From the NCBI GenBank assembly GCA_002269645.1, contig NIVC01000746.1:310001-374000 (forward strand): DNA of 64,000 nt, in the 5' to 3' direction. The position numbers and the translations under genes were made by a program. Under the pieces are notes generated by a model. The model ran no database searches. It had not been told where the DNA came from and saw only the letters and a program-made list of their open reading frames with translations. The DNA is from Macrostomum lignano (lineage: Eukaryota). This document shows, in pieces, positions 38,176-50,342 of this stretch (its first letter is position 1; each line of letters starts with the position of its first letter).

Positions 38176-39039
38176 AATGGTGCATCAAAAGTTTGAAAAT
38201 CGCCCTCTTATCCCTCTACAATCACAGTTGCACCAACCCAAGTAAATTGGGGTGTCGTAGTTATTATTACACATAATTAATAGTGAACTCTTTAACTTTG
38301 GGTTATCAGCTGGGTACTGAAGTCATTAGCCTGGCCCAACCATTTCAACTTTTTACGCTGCCTTACAAGACAGAAACTAAATGCCATCCTGCTTCATATT
38401 AGCGAAATATGTTGTGCAATTTATTTATTGTATAGCGGTATGTATACTTGCTGTGTTCTCGCTTACTGCATGCTGAAATATCATTCTATAATTATTTATA
38501 TGTGTGCTAACTGCTAACTGATTTACTTTTTAGTGTGAATATACACTTATGACGACTTTTTTCTTATTTTTTTGATGCCTCTGTTTAAGTGTATACTTGA
38601 GGGTTTCTTTCTCCATTAGTAGCATTTTAGCAAGCTGTTTATTTTTTATATGGTAACAAGTATAAGTATCATATTATCTCTTTAGGTTATTATTAGTCTA
38701 TGGTCATAATATCTCATTAGGTCCTTAGTCTATGGTCATAGTCATTAGTCTATTAGTCATAATATCTTCTGAGGTCATTAGTCTATGATCTTATTATCTC
38801 CTTACACATTAGTCTATTAGTCATAATATCTTCTGAGGTCCTTAGTCTATGATCTTATTATCTCCTTACACATTAGTCTATGGTCATACTATCTTCTGAG
38901 GTCCTTAGTCTATGATCTTATTATCTCCTTACACATTAGTCTATGGTCATACTATCTTCTTAGGACAATGTTCTATGGTTATAATGCATCCAGCCCATGT
39001 AGTCTATGTCCTTACTAAGCCCAAACCCAGTAACATCTA

Positions 39040-39520
39040 TGATGACCGCAACCCGTCAGTCCACGGTCACACCATGACCGCAACCCGTCAGTCCACCGTC
39101 ACAACATGACCGCAACCCGTCAGTCCACGGTCACACCATGACCGCAACCTGTCAGTCCACGGTCACACCATGACCGCAACCCGTCAGTCCACGGTCACAC
39201 CATGACCGCAACCCGTCAGTCCACGGTCACACCATGACCGCAACCCGTCAGTCCACCGTCACAACATGACCGCAACCCGTCAGTCCACGGTCACACCATG
39301 ACCGCAAACCGTCAGTCCACAGTTACACCATGACCGCAACCCGTCAGTCCACGGTCACATCATGACCGCAACCCGTCAGTCCACAGTCACACCATGACCG
39401 CAACCCGTCAGTCCACGGTCACACCATGACCGCAACCCGTCAGTCCACGGTCACACCATGACCGCAACCTGTCAGTCCACGGTCACACCATGACCGCAAC
39501 CCGTCAGACCACGGTCACCC
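39040..39520. repeat. 32-bp minisatellite upstream of the BNIP1 exon
   Basis: atgaccgcaacccgtcagtccacggtcacacc units. Confidence 0.95.
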
Positions 39521-39562
39521 TAATACCGCTAATCGCCAGTCCACGCCCTTCCGGAACTTCAG

Positions 39563-40577
39563 GACGGAAACCCGCGAGTGTCGCAGACGCTGGAGGAGCT
39601 GGTCCGTCAGGACGCTCGACTCAAGGAGGCCATCGCTGACCTGCGCAGCCCGGAGGCCTGCCGCAGCCAGCGGGACCTCGCCAGCCTGGAGTCTGTCGGT
39701 CGCGAGTGCCTTCGCGAGATTCGCCGGCTGCTACGTCAACTCGACGGCCTGCTGGACGCCGTCGAGGGCGACGCCGAGCGGGCTCGAGTTGAACGCGAGG
39801 CGCGCAACTGCCAGTGCAGCCTGCAGGCGTCCCAGGAGGCGATGCGCGAGACGGCGCTGCAGCGGAAGCAGGCCTTGCAGGAGGCTGAGCGGGTGGACCT
39901 GCTGCGCAGTGATGGCGCCGACGGAGGCATAGGCGACGTTCAGGGCGATGATGGCGTTGCCAGGTGCGTGCCGATGTTTCTGTTCACTTTCAGATTTTTT
40001 TGTGTCGGAGGCCAAACTTTATGCTGATCAAGAATTAGTCATAAATTTTGTCTGTCGATCATTGCTGTCGATAGTGAGTCATAAACCTGACAATTCATCT
40101 ATCGGTCATTGCTGTCAGTAGCGGGTCATAAACCTGACAGTCCATCGGTCATTGCTGTCAGTAGCGGGTCATAAACCTGACGATTTTATCCTTCGATCAT
40201 TGCTGTCAGTAGCGGGTCATAAACCTGACAATTTATCTGTCGATTTCAGACGCCGCGTTCGCCAACGCGAGGAGACCGCCGCTGCCGCCGCCTCGCACGT
40301 GACCCAGTCGCTGCTGTTGCTTAGCAACCAGCTGGCGGAGCAGGTCGAGGCCAGCTCAGAGACCGCCAATAGGCTGCTGCGCTCGTCAGAGCAGCTCACA
40401 GAAACTGGCGAAGAGCTCAAATCGATGACGGGGCATATTAGCACCGCTAAGCGTCTGCTCACCAGACTCTCGCGCAGGGATTTCACCGACAAGGTGCTGA
40501 TCTTCCTGGCTTTTGTCTTCTTCTTTAGCACCTGCGCCTACATTGTCAAGAAGAGGACCATCGGAGTTACCGTTTGA
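39563..40577 (+). CDS. BNIP1: Vesicle transport protein SEC20/BNIP1 (ER SNARE); start codon not located
   Basis: Exons 39563-39963 and 40250-40577 join in frame (242 aa). Coiled-coil N-terminus, then SQVTQSL-like...EELKSMTGHISTAKRLLTRLSRRDFTDKVLIFLAFVFFFSTCAYIVKKR, matching the Sec20 domain and C-terminal anchor of BNIP1. Confidence 0.9.
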
Positions 40578-41360
40578 CAGCTACAGCGGTTGATTGTGCA
40601 TTACCTGTACATGCCTGTCTTTCTCCTCGCAGATTGTTCTCAATTATATACCTGATAATTGGTTTAGTTCGTTACAACTAAATACACTTATATTCTTCAA
40701 GTATGACGCGCGCTTATACACATCGCATCGAATCGGTGTTTTCATTATTTGACTGCAAAATAGTGAAGCTGTCAAACCCGTTGAAAACTTTACCGTGACA
40801 AGAGTCGCTAAGCAGTCATTGCAGACAACTCACCAGTGACTCTAGCGACTCTGAGGAGACTGTTGAGTCACGAGCGCATCACGCGAGTTGCAGAATAGTA
40901 ATAAAAGAGTCCCGGAAAAGTCGTCAAATACGAAATGCGATTATAAATTCACAAAGTGATGCAGATGCGCTTCAGACGCAACTCAGTGATTCTGCAGCGA
41001 CTCCAACACGTCTCAGATGCGACTCTATGGCCCCAGAGTCATTATAGCAGTGCCACAGGGTCGTTTCAGAGTCGCAGACAATAAAACACCTCAAATTGAC
41101 TTTTTGGCGTGACATCTTGTGCCGTGACATCTCGTCGCTTTAGAGTCCGTCTGGAGTCACTGATTGCCTATTTTACCCGTGTTACCTGCAACCGCTCTGA
41201 AACAACTCTGGAACGCTTCTTGGCCTTGATACCCTTTTTTATCAGATAACGGGTGAATTCTAAATAGTCGTTTCCCTTAGACTACTTTTAGTAGCTTGTT
41301 GCCGCATACAATATCTGTTTGAGTTCGCGAACATTTCTGCTTATTTGCCTGCGTTTAGCC

Positions 41361-42553
41361 ATGCCTCGCCAATTCGCCCTCGCCCTGGCTGTCGGCCTCG
41401 CCAGCTGCTGCCTACTGGCCGATATCGCCTTCGCCGACGGCCAGAAGAAGGAAGTCAAGGAGCTGCGCATCGGCGTCAAGAAGCGCGTCCCTGCGGAGGA
41501 GTGCACCGCCAGAGCCGCTAAAGGCGACACTGTGAGCATGCACTACACCGGGACGCTGTACTCGGATGGAAGCAAGTTCGACTCCAGCCTGGACCGGAAC
41601 CAGCCGTTCAAGTTCACGTTGGGCGTTGGGCAGGGTAAGGCGCTGCTGGTGCAGTAGGTTAGGTGTGTTGTATGGCTGAGTTAGTGGACTGTGGGAGTTA
41701 AGACGAGTCGGTGGAGTGTGCGGTTGAGTGGGTGGAGTATGCGGTATAGTGGTTGGGGTGTGCGGTAGAGTGGGTGGAGTATACGGTAAAGTGGTTGGGG
41801 TGTGCGGTAGAGTGGGTGGAGTGTGCGGTAGAGTGGGTGGAGTGTGCGGTAGAGTGGATTGAATGTGCAGTAAAGTGGGTGGAGTTTATGGTAGAGCGGG
41901 TGGAGTGTGCGGTAGAGTGGATTGAATGTGCAGTAAAGTGGGTGGAGTTTATGGTAGAGCGGGTGGAGTGTGCGGTAGAGTGGGTGGGGTGTGCGGTAGA
42001 GTGGGTGGAGTGTGCGGTAGAGTGAATGAAATCTGCGATAGAGTGGGTGGAGTGTGCGGTAGAGTGGGTGGGGTGTGCGGTAGAGTGGGTGGAGTGTGCG
42101 GTAGAGTGAATGAAATCTGCGATAGAGTGGGTGGAGTGTGCGGTAGAGTGTGTGGAGTGTGCGGTAGAGTGAATGAAATCTGCGGTAGAGTGGGTGGAGT
42201 GTGCGGTAGAGTGAATGAAATCTGCGGTAGAGTGGGTGGAGTGTGCGGTAGAGTAAATGAAATCTGCGGTAGATTGGGTGCACCCAATGGCGGCATAGGC
42301 AGACCAGCACAAGTTACCGCTCCACTCAATGCCCCCACGGCCCGCAGTGATCAAGGGCTGGGACCAGGGCCTGATCGGCATGTGCAAGGGCGAGAAACGC
42401 CGCCTGGTGATCCCGGCCCACCTCGGCTACGGCGAGAGCGGCTCGCCGCCAAAGATCCCCGGCAACTCGGCCCTCGTGTTCGAAGTCGAACTGCTGGACA
42501 TTGAGCGCAAGGACAGCGAGATGTTCAGCTCGAAGATGCCAGGCGAGCTGTGA
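41361..42553 (+). CDS. FKBP2: ER-lumen FKBP-type peptidyl-prolyl isomerase (FKBP2/FKBP13); 2 exons, 159 aa
   Basis: Exons 41361-41634 and 42348-42553. Signal peptide, [69 protein letters not shown]; C-terminal GEL resembles an ER-retention tail. Confidence 0.95.
41710..42275. repeat. 21-bp G-rich minisatellite in the FKBP2 intron
   Basis: gagtgggtggagtgtgcggta units. Confidence 0.9.
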
Positions 42554-42864
42554 CAGTTTGAGCAGGGTAGTGTGGAGTAGGTCTGCCTCTGGTCAGCAGG
42601 TGTTTCTTATCTGTTTTCATCGTATTGAAATTAATCTTGTGGCCGGTTTATCGCATCCGCTAAGCAGTGCGTGCCAATCGGTGAAAATGGTTTCAGTTGG
42701 CGATCAAAAATGCCTGTTAGTTTGTTTGTCCACGCTAACCATTTCTATTCCTATCGCTGACTAAACTTGAAATGCGAAATCATTCGAAATTAAGCCCGTA
42801 TAAAAGTGGAACGATCACAATTTTTTGCGACCGTCAAAAATGCGTCACTGCCTGTCACACTTTT

Positions 42865-43790
42865 GACCGTCAAGTGTGACCGTCAGTTAATAATGTCACC
42901 CGTCAAGTGTGACCGTCAGTTAGTAATGTCACCCGTCAAGTGTGACCGTCAGTTAATAATGTGACCCGTCAAGTGTGACCGTCAGTTAATAATGTGACCC
43001 GTCAAGTGTGACCGTCAGTTAATAATTTTACCCGTCAAGTGTGACCGTCAGTTAATAATTTTACCCGTCAAGTGTGACCGTCAGTTAATAATTTTACCCG
43101 TCAAGTGTGACCGTCAGTTAATAATGTGACCCGTCAAGTGTGACCGTCAGTTAATAATGTGACCCGTCAAGTGTGACCGTCAGTTAATAATTTTACCCGT
43201 CAAGTGTGACCGTCAGTTAATAATTTTACCCGTCAAGTGTGACCGTCAGTTAATAATTTTACCCGTCAAGTGTGACCGTCAGTTAATAATGTGACCCGTC
43301 AAGTGTGACCGTCAGTTAATAATGTGACCCGTCAAGTGTGACCGTCAGTTAATAATGTGACCCGTCAAGTGTGACCGTCAGTTAGTAATGTGACCCGTCA
43401 AGTGTGACCGTCAGTTAATAATTTTACCCGTCAAGTGTGACCGTCAGTTAATAATGTGACCCGTCAAGTGTGACCGTCAGTTAATAATGTCACCCGTCAA
43501 GTGTGACCGTCAGTTAGTAATGTGACCCGTCAAGTGTGACCGTCAGTTAATAATTTTACCCGTCAAGTGTGACCGTCAGTTAATAATGTCACCCGTCAAG
43601 TGTGACCGTCAGTTAGTAATGTGACCCGTCAAGTGTGACCGTCAGTTAATAATGTCACCCGTCAAGTGTGACCGTCAGTTAATAATGTCACCCGTCAAGT
43701 GTGACCGTCAGTTAATAATGTGACCCGTCAAGTGTGACCGTCAGTTAGTAATGTCACCCGTCAAGTGTGACCGTCAGTTAATAATGTGAC
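42865..43790. repeat. 33-bp minisatellite
   Basis: cccgtcaagtgtgaccgtcagttaataatgtga units; an inverted unit occurs at ~43910-43935. Confidence 0.95.
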
Positions 43791-44344
43791 CCTCAAATGT
43801 GCCAGTCACAAAACGGTCCAAGAAGATAAAAAGACCATCATTGTTATCCTTGTGTTAGGTTGATTTTAATAAAAAATAAACGTCAAAAAAGGAACAACTT
43901 GGGTATTAGTGACCGTTTACTTGACGGTCACATTAGTCAGAATGCGACCTGTCCCAGTTTTATACGGGAACTGCTTAAATAAATCTATTCAAAATGTTCC
44001 ATTAAATGTGTTGTGTCTTTTGTGTTTTACTCTCTTAGTTTCTATCGATATAATAATAGCTATCATTAGCATATTAGACTTGAAAAGCTTAAATTTACTG
44101 ATTTATTCTGTTGTCTGGTTTCCTTTAGTTTGCACTGCGTCAGGATCCTATTGGCTAGTTCGTTCGTAATATGCAATTCTGAAACTATAAATATATTCGT
44201 CATCTTTAATTAAAGCAATTTTCTACGCTCATATTTATAATTGCCTCTGTCATCGTTTTGTTTCACTCTGACATTTCGAAGATAGCTTTTGTAACACGTT
44301 TCTCTGAATATTGTCTGTAACTAGTGCTGTATACCGGCTTAAGC

Positions 44345-45175
44345 TTACTGGGACATCCGTGATCTCCTCTCAGATCCCATCTCAGCTCACTGAGACATCC
44401 GTGATCTCCTCTCAGATCCCATCTCAGCTCACTGGGACATCCGTGATCTCCTCTCAGATCCCATCTCAGCTCACTGGGACATCCGTGATCTCCTCTCAGA
44501 TCCCATCTCAGCTCACTGGGACATCCGTGATCTCCTCTCAGATCCCATCTCAGCTCACTGGGACATCCGTGATCTCCTCTCAGATCCCATCTCAGCTCAC
44601 TGGGACATCCGTGATCTCCTCTCAGATCCCATCTCAGCTCACTGGGACATCCGTGATCTCCTCTCAGATCCCATCTCAGCTCACTGGGACATCCGTGATC
44701 TCCTCTCAGATCCCATCTCAGCTCACTGGGACATCCGTGATCTCCTCTCAGATCCCATCTCAGCTCACTGGGACATCCGTGATCTCCTCTCAGATCCCAT
44801 CTCAGCTCACTGGGACATCCGTGATCTCCTCTCAGATCCCATCTCAGCTCACTGGGACATCCGTGATCTCCTCTCAGATCCCATCTCAGCTCACTGGGAC
44901 ATCCGTGATCTCCTCTCAGATCCCATCTCGGCTCTCCAAGACATCCGGGATCTCTCAGATTCCATTACAGCTCTCTTAGACATCCGTGATCTCCTCTCAG
45001 ATCCCATCTCAGCTCACTGGGACATCCGTGATCTCCTCTCAGATCCCATCTCGGCTCTCCAAGACATCCGGGATCTCTCAGATTCCATCACAGCTCTCTT
45101 AGACATCCGTGATCTCCTCTCAGATCCCATCTCAGCTCACTGGGACATCCGTGATCTCCTCTCAGATCCCATCTC
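44345..45175. repeat. 42-bp minisatellite
   Basis: ctcactgggacatccgtgatctcctctcagatcccatctcag units, highly homogeneous. Confidence 0.95.
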
Positions 45176-45607
45176 AAGCTGGGTGGAGCAGCACTAGTCC
45201 TATTAAAAATAAGCGTACTTAAAAATCAAGAAACTCGTACATTTGTTGCGCATCAATAAGACATTCTAGTGATTTCTGGCATAAAGCTGAAGAATTCAAC
45301 ACCAAATTAAAAGGAGGATTTGCTCTTTGCTTAGCTCAGCAGGTCATAAAGCGTGCCTGTGAGAAAGCTTGCACCTTTATACATACGAGTAATTAAGGAC
45401 AATAGGTAAATTGATACGATTATGACGCTTGAGACTCCTGTGAATTAGTATGGAAATGTGTTTCACAAAACCTCATTGATCCTTTTGGGTGATCTCCCTC
45501 GGAAGTTGTTCACGGACGGGAAACAATAGGAACTACATATAGGGTTTCCATTTAACCTGTTGTTACAAAAAGTAAGAATGGATCCATGCAGTGCCCCAAG
45601 TGTGGGA

Positions 45608-48600
45608 TTAGCTTTCGTCTGGCTTGCTGCCTACAGCGCTCTTCATTCTGTCCAGTTGGTACAGCTGCACTTGCGGATGCGTCTTGACAATGTTCACCCG
45701 TGCGCCAGTGGACTTCGGTCCCCACGGATAGGCCAGGTGCAGGAACAGGTGCCTGCCGACAGTCTGGTTGCTGATGCCGCTGTCCGGCTGCCACCGGTTC
45801 GAGAGAATCGTCTGACAGGCCTCCCGACGCCAGCTCTGGTCGGGCGAGCCTGTCATGGGGCCGGGTGTGCAAGAGTCCATCATCAATCCATGGTTGATTC
45901 ATCAATGGAGTGTCACTTTAATATTTCTCTCCAATCGGTTCGATTCCCGGTGGATTCTAGCTTTCTTCTAGACTTTGGTGGATTCAAGGCCTACTTAAGT
46001 AGTAGAAGGACGCAACACTCGAAATCTATGCAAAATTTTTGAAGGCCACTTTTCGCCGAAAAATGCACTACGGAGATAGGAATTTTTCATTTTTTCAGCG
46101 CAAAAATTGTCATGGCTTTTGATAGGAGGCAGATCCAGTGTTCATCTTTTGATATGCCGTGCCTTTCTTACAGCCTTTTCTTCCTATGAATATCAATATT
46201 CGAGTAGCTATTATCAGAAAGGCACAACATATCAAAAGATGAACATTGGGTCTGAGTCCTATCGAAAGCAATAGCAATTTTTTGTGCTGAGAAATGAAAA
46301 CTTCCTATCTCCGTAGTGTATTTTTCGGCGAAAAGTGGCCTTCAAAACTTTTTCCATGAAACGTGAGTGTCGTGTCCTGTATATATGTTACAATACTTTA
46401 GTTGACCTTGGATGGATTCTTGGGTAAATTCGATCTAAGCCTGTTGGAAGCAACAGTGAAAGTTGATGTACCGCACACTGCACCCACCCGTAGAAAACGA
46501 CGGTTTATCTTGGAAAGTAATTTCACGAAAAGTAACTTTTGATTGGTTAATTTCGGTTAACAGACTGGTAAATTAATGTATATTTACCCTTCGTAAAGTA
46601 ATGTTTATTTACCTAAAATTACGCTAATCAACCTTCAGGCTATTACAGTTAATTAACCCCCAATATTAACCCTAGTTTTCAACGGGCAACCCTCCAACTC
46701 TAGCTACCGCAATTCCACCCTTATGCCGCAAGATCTACATGTAACTATTGTGCCGCGCCGCAAAGTTCACCGAGCGCAACTATAGTGCACAGTGCGTTCT
46801 CACCCAGCTTGGCCCGGCGGCACAGCCTCGGAAAATCCTGCCATCGCGTGTCCATCATCGGGCTGAACACTTCCGGCTCCAGCAAGTTCACCGCGTCTTC
46901 CCCGGTTCGATTCCGGTTAGTGCGAATCCAAGCGGAGTACACGCTGGTGAGCAGGTCGGGACCGGTAGTCACGTGACCAGCCGCGGAGTCCATGGCGGAC
47001 AGCACGGCCAGGAAGAATGGATGCCGCGGTGCGGCGCCCATTGCGCTGTTCATCGCGCTGAACTCGCGATTGTAGAGAATTCGCGCCTGCTCCCTGCGCT
47101 CCTGGTCCAGGAATGCCGGCCCGGCCGAGGCCAGGGCGGGGAAGAACGGCCTGACGCACTGCACGTCCATGTCTATGTAGATGCCTGCTGGGGTCGGGTG
47201 CGAGGTGGTGGCATTCTTGAGCTTTTCTGTAGGTTCTAGGGAGACTATGGGATTCTTGAGGTGACTATGGGATTCTTAGGGTCATTTTGGGGATTCTTAT
47301 GGTGACTATGGGATTCTTAGGTGACTATGGGATTCTTGGGGTGACTATGGGATTCTTAAGGTCATTTTGGGGATTCTTATGGTGACTATGGGATTCTTAG
47401 GGTGACTATGGGATTCTTAGGGTCATTTTGGGGATTCTTATGGTGACTATGGGATTCTTAGGGTCATTTTGGGGATTCTTAGGGTGACTATGGGATTCTT
47501 AGGGTCATTTTGGGGATTCTTGAGGTGACTATGGGATTCTTGAGGTGACTATGGGATTCTTGAGGTGACTATGGGATTCTTGGGGTCACTATGGGATTCT
47601 TGGGGTGACTATTGGATTTTTGGGGAGACTATTGGATTCTTAGGGTCACTATGGGATTCTTGGGGAGACTATTGGATTTTTGGGGAGACTATTGGATTCT
47701 TAGGGTCACTATGGGATTCTTGGGGGAGATTATGGAATTCTTGGGGGAGATTATGGAATTCTTGGGGTGACTATGGGATTCTTGGGTTGACTATGGGATT
47801 CTTGGGGTGACAATGGGATTCTTGGGGTCACTATGGGATTCTTGGGGTGACTATGGGATTTTTGGTGTGACAATGGGATTCTTGGGGTCACTATGGGATT
47901 CTTGGGGTGACTATGGGATTCTTGGGGTCATTTTGGGGATTCTTGGGGTGACTATGGGATTCTTGGGTTGACTGGGATTCTTGGGGTCACCATGGGATTC
48001 TTGGGGTGACTATGGGATTCTTGGGGTGACAATGAGATTCTTGGCGTGACTGGGATTCTTGGGGTCACCATGGGATTCTTGGGGTGACTATGGGATTCTT
48101 GGGGTCATTTTGGGGATTCTTGAGGTGACTATGGGATTCTTGGGGCCACCATGGGATTCTTGAGGTGACTATGGGATTCTTGGGGTGACTATAGGCTTCC
48201 AAGGGGAGACTATTGGATTCCTGGGGGAGACTATTGGATTCCTGGAGGAGACTATTGGATTCCTAGGGGAGACTGTAGTTGTAAAATTCCCGTGAGATTC
48301 TCGGGGAGGTAATGAGATTCCTGTGTAGTTTTCTCCAGTTTTGGAGACGGGCTTCCTGGGTAGACGCTGACACTCCTGAAAAGGTCATAGGGATTCCTGG
48401 GGAGACTATGCGTGTCCAGCAGACAGTGAGGTGTTGCAATCCGGAGTCCAAAGCCGTGAGCAAGCAAAGAGATTTCTGGGTCTGTGTTTGGGAATGGTTC
48501 GACTGAAATTTCAACTTTGCTCGCGTCCCACTTATAGTAGTCGGGTTTATTGGAGAGTCAAATAAAATTTACTCTGCTGACTGACCTCCATAGTGGTACA

Positions 48601-49106
48601 GCGCCATGTATCTGATGGCATCGGCCCTCTGCAGCCCACTGCTCAGGCTGCGGTACCTGGCCGCGAACTGCGGGAACTGGTCCAGCACGAAGGCGTACAT
48701 GTCGGGCTCGCGCCATAGGTAGTACTGCCAGCCAGGGTTCAGTCTGAGGCAGTTGGCTATCAGGGGCGCGTATTCGCTGGGCACCAGCTCGGTGGCGAAC
48801 GTTTGATGCAGAATTCCGGCATCGGCAACGGCCGCAACCGCCTTCTGGCGGCAGTGACGCTACCTGCTTCATCTCCAGGTTCGTCCTGATCGAATTCGCT
48901 GGATAGTTGCCAGGTCAGAAATATCTGGGGGAAGGGGGGAGTTCAGGAGTCGGTGGAATGGGCAGAGCTGCCTCAGCGCTGTGTTGTGTGACGAGTGTTG
49001 AATGACTAATACTTTTACTTAGCGCTTCTTGACTCACCAGAATTACTGCAACAGACAGTGCAGAAAGTTTTGCAAGCAAATTTCGCGGATGACAAGTAAC
49101 CAGCAT
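45608..49106 (-). CDS. GT32 (DxD, Gly_transf_sug) glycosyltransferase A, type II membrane; one 1-nt frameshift (error or pseudogene)
   Basis: Exons 49106-49038, 48924-48586, 47184-46804, 45849-45608. TM LSALSVAVILIFLTW; P-M-P-[fs]-ILHQT, NPGWQYYLW, QRADAIRY, YHYGGIYIDMD, NSAMGAAPRHPFF, TTGPDLLT. Adding 1 nt near 48815 gives 343 aa. Confidence 0.8.
46008..46378. mobile_element. Long-palindrome (foldback) MITE in a GT32-A intron
   Basis: ~160-bp imperfect inverted arms (gaaggccacttttcgccgaaaaatgcactacggagatagg / cctatctccgtagtgtatttttcggcgaaaagtggccttc) around a ~50-bp spacer. Confidence 0.75.
47235..48260. repeat. ~20-bp minisatellite in GT32-A intron 2
   Basis: gactatgggattcttggggt units. 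Confidence 0.9.
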
Positions 49107-50342
49107 CGCGGGTTCCTGTATCGGTGTTGGTGGATTGCTATCAAAAATGCTATTTCCTCATGACACATTTTCTCATCCTCAATGGGAATTGTAATATTTT
49201 GATTCATCTACCAATCAGCAACAGCCAATAAAGTTTGTTCTCGCTTGTCAGACATTTCGCTTCTCGCATCGACACTATATGCTGCTACTCGTAGTAGGAT
49301 AATTAGCAAACAAAATTTAAGACAAACTATTAGAACTCGTGCGACTTGATTTACAAAGCATTGAAAACGAGTGTCTTTGTAGACTTGACTGTCTGGTTAC
49401 ATTGAGCAGATGATGCGGCGCTTCCCAGTGGCAGCTTCGCGAAATCCCATGTCGTTCTTGCCATGAATAGACAGCAAGTCAGCTGCAGACATCAGCCACA
49501 GCCAGAACGGAGTTTTCACGAGGCGAATTTGTCTCCACCTAAGTTGGAGACAGACAAACAATCCATTGTTTTATTTTTTATCCATGATCTTCATAAGTCA
49601 CTTGACCACCGCTGTGGCCAACGTATTACAGAACTCGACCACTTGACTTTAGCTATTGGTTGATTGGTTGGCAAAATTAAAATAACTTCAGACTTCAGAC
49701 TAATTTCAGACTTAAATAAAGTCTGAAATTAAAGATACGAGAAAACTGATCGGGGTAGCTTTGATCCGTCCAACCCTCGCACACAGCTCCCCCCCCCCAC
49801 TTCATTCCTCAACTCAAGTCTGCCGCCGCGTAGCTGAGTTGCGTCACTCGCAAGATTGAGAAACCTTACCTGCACTCTCAAAAGTGGCGATCAGAGGCGG
49901 AATCTTCTGTGATGGCGACTTTTCGATGTTGCTGTGTGTATGAATCAAGACACTGCATGGCGGATCCCTGAGGGAGGACTCGACCGAGAAAATTATGGGG
50001 CATCCTGAGCATACGGCTTTGATATTTGACTATATTTGGAGGTGCTACCTCTCGAAAGTAAATAGTTTGAGGACCAAACCGACTGCATCTGGGAGTCGAT
50101 CGTATATACATGTACATTGGACAGAATGAGTAGCAATCAGCAACTTCGATTCTGACTGACTATTTGAGCAACTAATGCGTCAGGCAATATTTAACCAAGA
50201 CAAACTGACCGAAATGAATCACAAAAATGGAGCATTTAATTACTTTCACCTGACAAACAATCATCTATCTCAGCTAAAAACCTCAGCAATCGATCCAGCA
50301 AAGCGAGCTGTTGAATTCGAATTCTATCCGACATACCAGCAA

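Noticed and set aside
37493-38245. DSQDLMG-repeat ORFs
   Set aside because: 21-bp minisatellite with no start/splice context or coding signature.
40790-41170. GACTC/GAGTC-rich imperfect inverted repeat between BNIP1 and FKBP2
   Set aside because: Probably a decayed palindromic TE; termini and TSD not definable.
41681-42504. Overlapping repeat ORFs on both strands
   Set aside because: FKBP2 intronic minisatellite.
44311-44979. 222-aa Ser/Thr-rich repeat ORF (mucin-like look)
   Set aside because: 42-bp array with no ATG, signal peptide or splice evidence; near-identical units lack synonymous variation.
9195-47810. Tandem arrays as possible CRISPR
   Set aside because: No unique spacers and no cas genes; eukaryotic context.
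50175-50342. 56-aa N-terminal extension of DEG/ENaC-A
   Set aside because: Not conserved in copy B, whose ATG aligns with 50343; cannot be excluded without transcripts.
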